Assembly (NCBI GenBank): GCA_964234715.1
Contig: OZ174275.1
Length of the DNA: 64,000 bases
Strand: one strand, 5' to 3'
DNA from: Podarcis melisellensis
Taxonomy: Eukaryota
Numbering within the stretch: position 1 is the stretch's first letter; every line of letters starts with the position of its first letter. A program made the position numbers and the translations under genes. Below, one piece after another: positions 26,513-40,470 of the stretch. The notes beneath the pieces were generated by a model that saw only the letters and a program-made list of their open reading frames with translations, was not told the origin of the DNA and did not search any database.

Positions 26513-28532
26513 CTGCAAAAGAAAGATAGTAAAATGTTATCAAAGTGAGCATATTTCATATTATTACTACAGCAACATTCTTGTTCAGTTGTTGTTGTTT
26601 TTAAAGGGGGGGCAAGTAAATGCATTTACACCACCAGAAGCAGGCCAGAATGGAAAGACCCCAACTCTGACATTCACGATCTTGAGTCTCTAGCTAACAC
26701 AGTTTTCCTGAGGCAAGTTAATAAGTTTACAGATCAAAGTTTTACCTTTTCCACCCATAAAGCCTTAACCTGAAACACGGGGGAAGCAAGAGAGCAGGTT
26801 GATCTTTGGAGCTGCATTTGTTCTAGAATAGGGAACCCTTGCTAACCTTGGTGTGTGTGTGTGTGTGTTCCAAATTTCTTGGAGTCCTTCAACATGAGGA
26901 ACTGTGGGCATTTTTGGACTCTTACAATAATGCCCCTAAGCAAGATAGTATTCCTTTTAATCTACCCTCAACTGCATTCCTGAACAGAAATCCCATGACA
27001 GGGATTTTTTAAAAAATGTAATTTTTACATCTAAATCCACCAGTTCTTAAACATCCCTTCATATTATACAGACAAGGTGAAGAACTTTCAAGCTGGTGAA
27101 AAAGAAGCCCTACGATCACTTGGTGCTAATTATAAATTGAATTCCCAGCTTCTAATTGGTGGTATTGGCAGCGCTGCCACTACCAGGGTAGAAGGGCAGC
27201 AGTTAATCAAACCAAACTGAAGATCTTCCAGCCAGATTATCTATTTAGCCTGTCACAAGTACTATATTCTCCCCGTAAATGGGGGAGGGGGAGGCAATTG
27301 CAGCACAGTTTCAGTGAGGTCTATAACTTAGCTATGTCAGTTAACTGTTGCTAGCTGAACAGCAGTTTCTGTCACACGTATTTCAATTCCTATTGCTTTG
27401 TTTCTGCTTTGCCTTTTCTTTTGCAGATTATCTTTCTTCTCTTTATTTTCTCCCCCAAGTCTCCTTTCAGCTGCTCCCGAAACCAACTTTCTCCCTAGGT
27501 TTTGGCCTTTCCAAACTTCCTGCATTCCTCTCTTCACTGACACAAGTATTCTGTCACCTCACAGGTGATATACTACACATGGCCTCCAGCTCTCGCTTCC
27601 CCTTCATGTCAGCAGGCATTAACAACTTTAACACTCTGGGTCAAATATATTTTAGCTTGCAATTCCAGCAAGTAAGGCAAAGGCCAATATACAAAACTGC
27701 TTTAAAATGGGAGTGACTTTAGGGGAGTTTGTATGCTACATTCAACAGGTGTACAGTCTGTGTACATGCCTATACAACCATTGAGCTGTTATTCACATGT
27801 GACATTCAACAAGTGTACTCTCTCTAGTCTATACACATTTGCTGGCTGCAAAAAGGAATTGCTTCAATGACACTTATTAAATTTGTCACGGAAGCAATTC
27901 TCTTTTACTGGCAACAAGGCAAGGCATGCCAGGCATATTGCACTTCCTTAAACAGTATTGTGTTCATTACTTGTTCCTGGCCACTTAAGTTCTTCTTAGA
28001 ATTACCATCAATGTATTGCATAAGTCAGATTTGAAGTGAAATGTGTGTCGGCCTTCTGAGGTACAAAGGAAGTGAAACTTTCCCAAGGGTTAGTAAACTC
28101 TACACATCTTTGTCAGGTATGTCCTAAACTGAAGAACAAAGCATGTTTTTTCTTAAATGCAACACCAATATGAGGAAAACCAAAAGATTCATGTCTAAAC
28201 AAGAGATGCACCCTTCAAGTTTGCAGTTGAACAACAAATGGTTTTAAAACTTTTATGAGCATGGTTTAAAGAAGCAAGTGGAAATCACGTAGACCTATCT
28301 GCCTTTTCTATTGCACTTTTATCTTGCATCACGGCTCCAGGCCTACTTTGCCTCAAGTAAGAAATATGCAACATAGTTATAGCCAGCTCTTTCTAGCTGG
28401 CTACTTAAATAAAGGAATCACCTATGACAAGGCCTTTCAACTTTCTAGGTAAAGTCTGAGGCCTGCGAAACTTTCCCCTTCACTGCACACTGGTTCTGGC
28501 TGAAATTTAAAGCATGTTTCTATCCCTTGAAA

Positions 28533-28668
28533 CAGGCACAGGCAAACCCGGCCCTCCAGATATTTGGGGACTACAACTCCCATCATCCCTGACTGCTGGT
28601 CCTGTTAGCTAGGGATGATGGGGGTTGTAGTCCCAAAACATCTGGAGGGCCGAGTTTGCCTGTGCCTG
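28533..28668. mobile_element. 136-bp palindromic hAT MITE with 8-bp TSD
   Basis: About 57-bp TIRs CAGGCACAGGCAAACCCGGCCCTCCAGAT... / ...ATCTGGAGGGCCGAGTTTGCCTGTGCCTG. Flanks CCTTGAAA / CCTTGGAA. Confidence 0.92.
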
Positions 28669-29334
28669 CCTTGGAATGCTGCTAGAGGAGTGGCCACAGT
28701 TTATCTACAGTTTCACCAAAGGAAGTAGTAGGATAAAATTGAACTCCATCTGAAATCATGCTTCCCTCCATCCTTACTTTATTGTCACAAAAAGTTGAAG
28801 AACTCCATGATGTAGGTTAGGTGAAGAGCCAGTGACTTTGTTTCTTTCAATATTAGAATTAAGCATCGTTCAGTGTAATTGATTGCCGGTAGCTTTAGGA
28901 CAGCCCCCCAAAAGTGTCTTCACACAATGCTTACTTCATTTGTGGAATATGCTACTATTGGATGTGGTGATGGCAAGTGACTTAAACGGCTTTGAAAAAT
29001 GATTGGCAGAATTGTGGAGCATATGTGCCCCAAATAAACAGCAACTGGCCCTGACAAGTTGGACCTGCCAGAGCATCCTGGCAGGCGTGGCCTGAAGGGG
29101 TGGGGCGGGGTGTCGCATGTGTGACACCATGCACACGCAACAGCTGCCTCCCCCCAAAAATGTGGGACCCAACTTGGCCCCTGCTAATACTTCACTCTTG
29201 TGCATACAGAAGAACCCAGAGCAGAACCCAGAGAACTAGCATTACTGTTAGTACAGACAATGATAGCTATATGGAACATCAAGGATTAAAAGTAGTCAAT
29301 GGGGAAGTGTGGTCAGGGGGGAGATGAACAACGG

Positions 29335-29460
29335 GAAAGGTTGTTTGCCTTCATGCCGTACTTGTTGACTGCCTGGAACAATCTGGCTAGTCAGTGACAG
29401 AAATCAGGATGTTGAACTAAATGGGCCCCTGGTCTGATCCAGAAGAACTCTCATGTGTTC
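29335..29460 (+). mobile_element. Old CR1/LF-SINE-like 3' tail
   Basis: atctggctagtcagtgacagaaatcaggatgttgaactaaatgggcccctggtctgatccagaag...tgttc. Confidence 0.5.
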
Positions 29461-32400
29461 AAGCTAATGGCCATTCATTTAGTCTTACGGCTACAACTGC
29501 CTGAGGCATGAGGTTGCAGAAGCTTTTGTATTATTCCAGTAACTATTTTGTATGCTTGGCTCAGTTCCTCAGTTAAAACCCATCAGGAATCTCTGACTTT
29601 CGCTCAGCTGTGTTCCTAATTAAAAGATCTTGCAATTTCATTTGTCAGTCAAGTTCTCGCTGTCTTATCCTCAATTCAACGAACCACCTCTCACACAACA
29701 AAGTCTTTATTGATTTAAGGCAACCTCTCTCTGGGTTTTTGATTTTTTAAAAATGAAAACAAGAGTTACCTTGCCAATCAGCAGTTTGCTGTTCATTAAT
29801 CTCTTTAGCAATGACTAATAAACTTATTGCCCTCCTACCCACCTCCTATACACAATGAATTTTCAGAGAAAGAAATCCACTCATAATACAGTAATTCCGG
29901 CTAATTACTATCCCTTATTAGCCCTCCAATAACAGAGTGAGTGTGAAGCAAGGGCTTGCCTTCATATATGGTCTGTCTCCAAATAGTATGCTTATCTGAG
30001 GTACGTTAACGCATTTCAATACTATATTGGAATATCATCCAACTGTTTTGCAAAGCTGATGTCAGCTACTACAGTGAGAAGGTTGTTGGGTGACAAATCT
30101 TTTATAATGGATAGAACAAAATGATTTGTTCAGACAGAATAGCATGAACAAGTCTTTTGTTCACTTGTTTCTCCCATTCCATCTCCTCCACCAGCACAAC
30201 CCTGAGAAGAGCGGAAGCATTCACTTCCATTTTTCATGAACTGAAATTTAGTATTATGTCCAAACCTTGAAAATTCCACTTGCACATAGATGCCACAGGG
30301 TTTACCATGATAATTACCCCTTTTCTGGGTGGGTGGCAGTTGTGGCCCCTCACAGATCATCTGTCATCTCCAGTAGCCAGGATGAACGAGCTTGGCTGGC
30401 CCTATAAATCTTTCTGGCTGGCCCCATTGCAGGGTGGGATTGCCCACTAAAATCTCTAATTTGAACAGGCCGATCAGGGGCCTGCTGGTGGGCGGAGCCT
30501 CACTGATGGATCATGATTCGGATGCTTGCACTCTAATCCAACAGTGACACATAAAAGCCACCTCGGTAGTTTGGGGTCTTGGGGAGACCATAATCCTTGG
30601 CACGACACTGTCAAAAGTTTCCGCCCTTTGGCTGGAGGATGGAATGGGTATACACCCAATGCCTAGTCAAAATCCACCTACATCTGGAATCTTGTGGCCA
30701 TTTCTAACCCAAATCATTCTCTGCTTGAGGTTGTTCATTACAGCTTAGCTATAGCCACTGCAGAAGGGGGATGGCGCTGTGACTAGGAACACAACTTTCA
30801 TCTGTCACTCTCTCATAGCTCTTCAGTTCTTATAAAATCAATATTTTTCCCTAAACACACAAATCCAGGCAGCTCGTCGCTGATGCCACTTCATGCCTTC
30901 AAAGGCATACAACATTTTACCGTAAAGGTAGCTTGATTTAGGACGTTGTAAAAGAGTAAACAGTAGAAATATATAGCTTGTCATCTTTTACTAGTGACAA
31001 TAACAATAAACTTTATTGATATAATTTAAACATAGTATATAATTACACAGTTCATTGAAAATTGTTAGCCTGCATGTGTCCTTTTGTAATTCTTATACCC
31101 TAGACAGGTTGTATTTCTTCCTCAAGGAAGCATGAAGGAGGGGTCTGCTGAATTATTGTTGCAAAAGTGGGAGCCTCTCCTAAAATGTAACCTGATTTAT
31201 TCATCTCTGTTTTATCTTTTCACTGATGAAAAGCATTTCAAAATATTTAAAAAGTGGATAACCAGATTCACTTCCCCTTTTCGCTCTTCTAATCGCTCAG
31301 AGAGGTGTTTTTTAAAATGCGTATTGAATTCCTTCACATTGCCATTTATGTCCCATTGAATTCAGTAGGTCTTGGGGCAGGTAAGATTGCTGTTCTGTTT
31401 CCTAAAACATGTTAACAGAAGTTGATGACAGAGCCATTAAATCTTAATTCTGTCGCAAATCATTATGACGTCAGGTGACCAAGAGGCAGGTTATCCCACC
31501 CACCTGTCAAAGTAGGCCTCTGGATGTGGGGACAAGTAATGATCTGGTCTGCTAGGACAAAAAGGTTCACTACCCCCTGCTATATGGGGAGGGGAGAGGG
31601 TTTTTTTTCAGATTTCCCCAGAAGGGAATATAGCTCAGTGGCTAGCCATATGGTCACATGAAGAAGATCCCAGTCTCAGGCCCTGACCGTTCCAATTAAT
31701 GCAGCTCAGGCAGCAATGATAGGAAATGATTCTGAGAACAGGATCAATTAGCAATGGAGACAAAAGAAGATGGAAGGCTGAAGAGGAAAGAAATACATAA
31801 GGAATATGGTAGCCAAGCCACATGTGGAGAATGAGCAGTCAACTCTCCCAGACAGTTCATTTTGAGAAAAAAAGAAGCCTTCTCATGAGTGGTGCTTGTT
31901 CTCATTTTACTTATTTAAAATATATTTTAATGCCCTTATGATGAAAAATTCCAAGGTGGCATATAATGGAGTTCTAAAAATATTTACACAGAATTGCTGT
32001 AACTTCTTGCTTCTTTTCCTTTCCATTACTATTTCTAAGCAAATGCAAGGTCCATGGGGCTCCGGCTACATTGTTTCCCTGTGCAAAGTACTGCCTTAGT
32101 CAGCTGGTTGGGGTTGTCTAGTGATAGTGTTGCTATCACTGTTGCTATGATTTCACAGAACCTAAGTAATAGTTCAATTTACCTTTTATATTTCCCAGCA
32201 TATGCCAAGTACACTGTGAAATGATAAAACACTATCCTCTTGTAGTTCTGAAGCAATGGGTAGCCCTTGAAGTCCTTCCTAAACATGGTTGTGGACAATG
32301 GCAAAAATGTACATTTAAAGCATGTCTTATTTGCTCTTATCGTGGGTGCCTCAAACTTCAGGTACATTCAGTTCCCAAAGGCACACGCAGCAGCCACTGT

Positions 32401-33578
32401 TACTTACATTTAATATGTTATTTATCCCTTTTGTAACACAGAATTAAATGTCTATCCAAACGGCTAGTCTTAAATCACACACATAAAGTCCTTTATGCCA
32501 GCAAAGCACATGAGGAGTTCTATTAGCCTCTAAGCTTCACCCAGTAAACCATACAAATGAGGACAAAAAAAGGCTGCTATACTGCGTTCCTGCCAGTATT
32601 AAGGAACATCTTCATTCATTATTTTGTTTATTTTTAAGGTGCTTTTTTGAACTATAGTGCTGCTGCTCTAGTTATTTTTAATGGAACACGTTGCATATGA
32701 TAGAATTATATTGCAGTATCTTTTTTTTCCCATTTAAAATGACCTACTACATTATGCTGAGGCATCATCTTCTGCTTTACAAGCAAGAATTGTTCAGTAC
32801 CACCATGTTGCCCTTGAAGAGTATAAAGAACTTTAGGACAGATTACTAACACAGCTCTTCTCAGAAATCGCATTCTAATTGTATACCATACATATTCTAA
32901 TATCATTTGCATATTCAGATTTTATTTGCCTGGCTTGTGTTTCCATGGATGTGATTGTATCTATTCATGTTCTTTTTATTATTTGATACTCTAATGTCTA
33001 GACCTTTATCAATTATATGCTGTAAGCTCCGTGTTGTTTCTCCCCTTCCCCCGCCATTTTATATTACCCATTTTTCAGGTACATTTCTTTTGCAGATTAG
33101 GCGGTATGATCTAATTTGATTTGCCCTAAGCTTTTTGTCGTTTCTGCAGCATAACTCTCTCTTGTTTTCTTTCTTGACAGCAAAGGATACTATGATTGAT
33201 AGAATTCAATTGCTGGTTTGAAATAATGCAGGCGGTTCTTATTGTACAGTTGTCGGCCTTTTTATGAGATTTACCTATTGTACCATGAAAAATGCGACAA
33301 AAATATAATGATCTTTGGTCACACACCTGGTCCCATAACTCTGCCATGGTAAATATACCATGGAGAATAGATATGGAGATATGAATTGAGATTCATAAGC
33401 TTGCTTACCAGTCATAGCTGTGCAGAGTCAAAGGCCAACACAGTAGCAAAATGATTCACATTTAAGATAATGTGAAATACATGAAGAAGACAGATGTGCT
33501 CTATTAGTTGTTGCATGAATAAGTTAGAAACTTAGGCAAGCAGGGTAATTATTTTGCTCAGTTCCAGATTCTATCCCA

Positions 33579-33903
33579 TGTCTCCAGGTGTGCATTGTTG
33601 CTATCAAAGGGTTAAAAGAGTAGCAGAAACGCTCTAATCACTGAGCAGCTGGAGGTCATTAGGCTTCCAGGAACATGAGTCTGTATAAATAGTCCCCCTG
33701 TTTGTTTGTTCTCCCCCTTCTCCCTTTTGGGTGTGTGTTTTGCTGAGATGTGTGGTTCCTCGCCAGGATTGTTTTTTGGTGTTTTGTAAATAAACCTTTT
33801 TTTTTATTTACAAACCGCATGCTCCAGGACTCCTTTTTTGGGAAGATGCTGCCTCTCCTGCCCTTCTTAGCTGCTGCGCGAAATCCTCTGCCGTGGTGAG
33901 ACT
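33579..33903 (+). mobile_element. Solo LTR-like element
   Basis: Termini TGTCTC...GAGACT (near-inverted), TATAAATA near 33684 and AATAAA near 33789, in U3-R-U5 order. No TSD match. Confidence 0.5.
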
Positions 33904-34077
33904 TTTAAAGAAGGAAGTGCACTGGGCATTTACATTAAACTAATTAAAGTTTAATGGGACATGCATCACTGTTTCCTTGCGTATAAGTGAAATACGCTAT
34001 AATACTATGACAGCCTTCACCAACATGGTGCCCTCCTGAAGTTTTGGACTATGGCCCCATCAGCCCCAGGCAATTAT

Positions 34078-34460
34078 TAGCATCCCTTTTATGAGTAAGA
34101 TGCTTGAGAGGATGGTGGGCTGGGCAACTGTAGGCACCCCAGGATGAAGCAGTTTCTGGCCCAATTTCAGCACCAAAGCTGTCTTGGCCATCTGACTGAT
34201 GACCTGGAGGTGGAGTGAAAAATACTATTCTTAATTTTCGTTAGCCTCTTGTTGGCTTTGATTATTGTAGACCACAATATCATCCTATAGTGTCCATGGG
34301 GGTTGGGGGCACTGTGTTACAGTGGGAGGTACAGTGGGAAGATCCTGCCTCCAGGATCACTGCCAGAGAGTAACATGTGGAAACTCCTCTTTGAACCCAT
34401 AGTAACATTGCTATGAGGACCTACGGGGTTCCATATTGGCTCTCATGCTATTTAATGTTC
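34078..34460 (+). mobile_element. Highly decayed L2 reverse-transcriptase fragment
   Basis: Remnants in the expected order: IPFMSKMLERMV, TDDL, an LILLDLSAAFDTVDH-like stretch, GSILALMLFN. Confidence 0.6.
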
Positions 34461-34596
34461 TAGTTATTTTTCAATGGTGTATTAGTATTTTTCTTTTAGT
34501 TACTATTTTTATTGATGTCTATGTTGCACAGTGTATACATACACATCCCTCTGAGCTCTTCTGGAGGAAGGGATTTATAAGTGTCTTAACGAAATA

Positions 34597-34854
34597 CCGT
34601 ATTTTTCGCTCTATAAGACGCACCAGACCACAAGACGCACCTAGTTTTTGGAGGAGGAAAACAAACAAAAAATATTCTGAATCTCAGAAGCCAGAACAGC
34701 AAGTGGGATCTCTGCGCAGTGAAAGCAGCAATCCCTCTTGCTGTTCTGGCTTCTGGGATAGCTGCACAGCCTGCATTCGCTCCATAAGACGCACACACAT
34801 TTCCCCTTACTTTTTAGGAGGGAAAAAGTGAGTCTTATAGAGCAAAAAATACGG
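34597..34854. mobile_element. Tc1/mariner-superfamily (Tc2/pogo-like) MITE with TA TSD
   Basis: TA|CCGTATTTTTCGCTCTATAAGAC ... GTCTTATAGAGCAAAAAATACGG|TA. Internal palindrome at about 34682-34759. Confidence 0.9.
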
Positions 34855-35967
34855 TAAATATTACAACCTTCTGTTATCTCCGCAGCTACTGTAGTTCTGT
34901 GGTCAAGGTTCATATGGAGATGTTCTTCCACATAGTTAATTCTGTGAGCAATACTTATTAAATTTAAAACATTGCTAGACCCTCTATTGCCATATTTTCT
35001 GCTTTGCAGACAAAATATAAATATTAATTATAAAAACCAAACAAACAGGTCATATAGGGCAACAAAAATACTGTATAAAAATGTGAAAGAAAACTAAAAA
35101 AAATTGTTCACTAGTCTGGGGGGGATAATGCCTAGTAAACTTCTTTGATGAGGATATTCTAAAGACAAGGAGCCACAAACAATTAGTATATAAATGGCAA
35201 TTTCTAAAAGTTTCTATGGATCCCCTTATACAGATTTTTGATGCCTTTGGAGTTTTGTTTCAGGAGACCCTCTTTTGTAAAAAGTCAGAAATACTCACAA
35301 AGGCTTCCCTTCATTATACAGCACAGTGGAAAGTAATTTGTATGAAATTACTTCAAAGAGAGGTTCTGAACCACCTGAGAGTGAAGAGTCAGATTAAATC
35401 GCATACTCCCAACTGGACATAAACTGCACTTAGATGGCTGTGCTCTAGATCAGCAAAGAAATTATCTGTGTTCTCTCTCAAAATGGGAACAAAGCAGCAA
35501 CAGACTTCCCCCCTGTGATGTCAGGCCATGAATTTAGACCAAGGTGACGGCCACTCATTGATATGTGTAATATTAGTAGTAATTATATTATTTGTACCCC
35601 ACACCTTAATCAAATTAATAAAAAACCACCTGAACACAGCAAAACATTTGATTCGGCAACATACATTTTCATTGAAATCACTGCACTTTTAGACATGCAA
35701 CAAAACCTAAGATTTAAAAACTGGACGATCTGCACACAGGCAGAAACTAGCACTTTAAAAATATTGCTGAATAATTGTTCCTGAAAACGTAGAATTAAAC
35801 ATGGATGAAGAATATCTTATAACCTATATAGACAATATAGGCAAAATAGCACTGTCAATTCAAATGTCAAATCTATTATGTGAAACTGCTTTTAAGCTCA
35901 AAACAGTGTGTGCCGCAAAGCAGTTTTGCACTGCAGATGAAGTTTCCCCACACAAGAACTTTCTGAC

Positions 35968-36360
35968 CTTCAAAGTCTTGGTGCTGACCTTTAAAGCCCT
36001 AAACGGCCTCAATCCTGTATACCTGAAGGAGCGTCTCCACCCCCATGGTTCAGCCCAGACACTGAGGTCCAGTGCCGAGGGCCTTCTGGCAGTTCCGTCA
36101 CTGTGAGAAGCGAAGTTACAGGGAACCAGGCAGAAGGCCTTCTCGGTAGTGGCACCCACCCTGTGGAACACCCTCCCACCAGATGTCAAGGACATAAACA
36201 GCTATCTGACCTTTAGAAGACATCTGAAGGCAGCCCTGTTCAGGGAAGTTTTTAATGACTGACATTTTATTCTGTTTTTAGTCCTCTGTTGGAAGCTGCC
36301 CAGAGTGGCTGGGGAAACCCAGCCAGATGGGCGGGGTATAGATAAGAACATTATTATTAT
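35968..36360 (+). mobile_element. L2 LINE 3' end
   Basis: FKVLVLTFKALNGLNPVYLKERLHPHGSAQTLRSSAEGLLAVPSL*EAKLQGTRQKAFSVVAPTLWNTLPPDVKDINSYLTFRRHLKAALFREVF, then a ggctgggg-aaa-cccagcc stem-loop and (TTA)n tail. Confidence 0.92.
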
Positions 36361-36468
36361 CATCTTTATCACTCTAAAAATCTGAGGAAAACTGGGATTC
36401 CAGCCATCAGTCTTCTAAACCACCCAATATAAGAGAACTCAACTGGGTATCTGCATAGATGGCAAACA

Positions 36469-36470
<2 letters not shown>

Positions 36471-36536
<66 letters not shown>
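36471..36536. repeat. Perfect (AG)33 microsatellite
   Basis: Read directly; it explains the poly-RE and poly-SL ORFs. Confidence 0.95.
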
Positions 36537-36541
<5 letters not shown>

Positions 36542-37959
36542 ACAGAGGGACAAACAGGAGGATTATCCTTTACAACTCTCAGATCACATTGAGAATCAGT
36601 TTTATGAAGCCAGTGCTGATCCTGTTTCTGTCTCACAGGAGGAGACTGAGTGCTTTGCATTTTAAGTGCACAGGGTTCAACATTGCTTTGGAGTTATTTT
36701 TTCAAGCACTTAACAGTTTTATAAAGTTTTGATCTTCAATCCGGAAGGTTAAGTGAAGCATAACAGCAAATGGCTTTAATTCTAAGCATCGGTATTGGCA
36801 GGAGGTCTGGGATCTCTAAGGAGTATTTTTTTCTTATCATTTCCCTCTAGTTGGGAGCATGTGCTTCAGGTTTTTGAGGCTAATACGATATCCCAAGGCA
36901 CTGGATGTCATCATTGTATAGCTTGCTCTTTATTGCTGTGCTTTTTATGTCTTTATCTTTATTCAGTGTCAAGGACCTGCACAACTGGACAGCTTAAATG
37001 CTCCATCAGATTATTACAAAGATGACATGAATATTTTCGCAATGTTTAAACTGCAGCTGTGCTGATGTTCACTGCTGAATGCTTTCGGCATGAAAAGGAG
37101 CACAAGTTATTCCTTGAATAAGTTTTTCATGGCTTTTGGCTTTGTCACTGCCCCTCTCAAGACCACCACTTTGCGGTAGCTGGAATGATATTATTGCACC
37201 AATTCAAAATAAGAGCAACATCTCTGCCCCTGTTCACAGCACCTCAAAACATTCTAGTCCCTTCTGGTCCAAATGTATTGAAATACCCCACATTAAATCC
37301 TACTGCTTTGCCACCAACATAAAAATTATGTTTGAAACCAATTCTTTCTGACTTGGCTAAGCAGTAATAGGGGACTGTGCAGTGTTGATGGTGCAGTGCA
37401 GTATCAGGCAAAAAATATGCATGAATGGGGAAAACTGTAACTTTGCAATCCATGGCACAGCATAACAACTCAAAAAAATCATTGCCTTAAAAAATAAAAA
37501 TAAAGGAACTTTATGGAGTACACATGAAACCAGAAAAAATGACTTGGCTAAAATGTTTCCCACTTCCAACCAAGAAAACACAGTTTTCTCCATTTCACAT
37601 TTAGCATCCACAGCTTTTATTGATCAATATCCACATTCTATTAAGATATTTGTTACACACTAGATAGGACTTTTTCTGTATGCACAAAACAGCTAAAGGA
37701 CAGTGCCACTGAGTGCATCAGAATACACACCTCTGAGCACCGAATAACCCTAGTTAGGTGCCAACTTGCAACTATACCAAGCACCCATATCCTCTGTTGC
37801 TTTATTTTCTATATATTCTGCAAGTTCACATTCTGCAAGCTTATGTGGCTGGGGTTTCACAGTCCTACCAGCTACCTTCAAATTGAGTAAATTAATGTAC
37901 AATCTCAACACTGTCATCAAACTGTGGAGGTCTCTGCTTTGTTTTACAGGTGCAGTAAA

Positions 37960-38820
37960 GTTGCAGGAGGCAGGGCCAAGGCATTATAAGGTTTAGATAA
38001 CAACAGGATAGCCAAATGGGATTTAAACAAGCTACAACTTTATTGATGTCAGCAGGTTTTGGCATAGGCATAGGATTGATTGATTAGATTTATACACCAC
38101 CCTTCATCATAAGATCTCCGGGCAGTTCACAGATGTGATGTCTACCCTGGATCAACCAACCTGTCTGCTGGTTGTTATTTTTTGAAAGGTTAACCACGGT
38201 TCATGATCGCCCTATACTATACATCAAATCAGGGTGACCTCTTCAAGATACCATTTGGGAGGATGCTATGGCTCATCAGCCCCTCCCCCCCGGGGTGTCT
38301 GGACAAAAGCACCTCCGCCCTGGATCCCTTAAGGGGATACCCTGAATTTGAGGTGCAGAGGGGCTACACCCCGCTTCACTCTGGCTAAGGATTCAGCCCA
38401 GTGCCTTATCTGCCATCTGGTTGTGACAATTGCTATGAGGTAGGCAAAAATCCCAGACAGGTCCAATTTGTCTGAAGGCAAATTACTTCCTGGCCCCAAA
38501 TATGGTAACTGAAGACTTCTATAGCTAGGCCTGCTGCTTTTAGAGCCAGGGAGCAGACCAGAGGGGAAAAATATTTCCTCTGGTCTTCTCCCCATACCAT
38601 GCCTCCCCCAACTCACCCACAATTGACTACAATGGCTGGCGAGCCCCAGCAGCCAGTGTACCCAGCAGAGGAAGGAATTGCACCTTCCCCCCCATCACAC
38701 CAGAACTAGGACATTCCAACTAGCTGCAGCCGAACCAGACCACAACCTTCACTCCCCGCAAAGCTGGCGGTAAGCAGCCCTTTCCCAGTATTTCAGACTG
38801 TTCCCAAACTGCGGAAAAAA
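37960..38820 (-). mobile_element. Possible LTR-derived segment
   Basis: GC-enriched block with TTTATT (minus-strand polyA signal) near its left end. Boundaries and TSD not resolved. Confidence 0.3.
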
Positions 38821-40294
38821 GTACTGTATATAATACACATACACACAAGATCCCATCTTTCAATGATTATATGCAGACTCTTAGCCACATGCACAAAATA
38901 TTGCTGCAGCTCTGAGTTCCAGAATCAATCTTTAAGCTTGTTTCTTGCCTCTTTATAGTATCTTCGTTAGTCCCTCAATGAATCTCTTCACAGTCTTCCA
39001 AAGACTGAACCTGCCCTTTTATTCTCTCCAGTAAGAACCCTTTAACCTATCACCAGCTTCACACAAGAATTCCAAAACCCGTATGTTTAAATGGAATGTC
39101 TGATAAACGACCTATCACGTTCAAACTTTTTGAATTCTAGTGAACCATATAAAATCTGAGAAGCCTCACAAGTTACCTAGTCAACAGCTCAGCAACAAAG
39201 AATGAATCTTTCTGACTTTAGTTAGGATTAGGCCAGATTTCCCTCTCAACACACTAAACCAAATACAACACATACTTTGTTTCCAGCTGAACAGCATTCT
39301 GGTGCAGTGGGTGAGTGTTGCCCTCCCAACACTGATGTTGCTGCTGCTTACCTAGATGGGATAGGGTGGGGCAAAGTGAAGTTGGGGCTGAGTGGGAACA
39401 CCAGAGTCAGCGTCTGATTGGCTCCTTCGCAGCCCCACCCTCAATGCCAACCTATCCCCCCACTCCCACAGGTAAGTGGCAGCCATGTGGTTTGGGGTGG
39501 ATAGCTCAATGGCACCATCCCACCATACTAGCCATTACTTGTTCTTACATATAGGTGTCTCCTCATAAAGATAGATTCTTCACAGTTTATGTTATCAAGA
39601 TCTACAGAGATAATTTGGATCTTCTCCCCCCCCCCCCCTTCTACATTACTTGTGCTGGTCCAACACACTGGTAGCTACACTTCAGGAAAGACAGAAATTC
39701 CAGAAAACTTTTCTACATGACTATACCACTATGATGCTTTCATATTCCCGTTGGTGAGATAATGTATTTTCCAAAGTACTTAAATGGAATCATTTTTTTG
39801 TATTTTTACCCAATTTTATATTTTGTGAAATTGTTAACAAGCTCGCCCCCATACTGCCAACAACAAAATCAGAAAAGAACTTTCTCTTTTCTATTCCATT
39901 GCCCACAGAAACAGAAATAAAACACACATCAATTCCCATTTGAGTGAGATTATATTACTATAAAATAATTTCTTATATGATACAATCTAATAACATTTTC
40001 TTGAAGCAAAACTTATAACATACATGCCATCATTTCTGGTAAAGAAAATGGAAAGGTTGTCATTTTCAGAGTGGCAAAGGAACCTAGAAATTCCTAAGTA
40101 ATAACTGATAGACCTAACAGAAAGTCAGGATATCACAACCCTGAGAGAGTTATTACTGTTGAGAAGAAGAAAATAGCAGCAATATTTGTATTGCCTTGGA
40201 AGACTTTGTTCTTTTTGATAGTTTTCCTCACACACTACATTCAGGCTACTTTCAAAGTCCAACTGATCTTTTTAGTATTAGGTTCATCTCCATT

Positions 40295-40470
40295 GGAGCC
40301 CATTCTATAGAAAATGCCATCATTAATGGTCACAAGTGCCCTATTGATTGCCACTAAATCAGGTAAGGTTAATTGGCTGCTGCTCCTTGACATCTCTTTA
40401 GCATTTGACACCATTGATCACAAAATCCTCCTTGATCAGCTGAAGCCTGCAATTCAGTGGGACAGTGATA
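40295..40470 (+). mobile_element. L2 reverse-transcriptase fragment
   Basis: LLLLDISLAFDTIDHKILLDQL within ORF 40314..40598 matches the non-LTR RT LDLSxAFDTxDH motif. Confidence 0.8.

Noticed and set aside
26394-26693. ORFs 26394..26693 (+) and 26434..26625 (-)
   Set aside because: Wrong strand or frame over exon 4; the true frame is the Cys-rich EGF.
36439-36665. RE-repeat and SL-repeat proteins
   Set aside because: Translations of the (AG)33 microsatellite.
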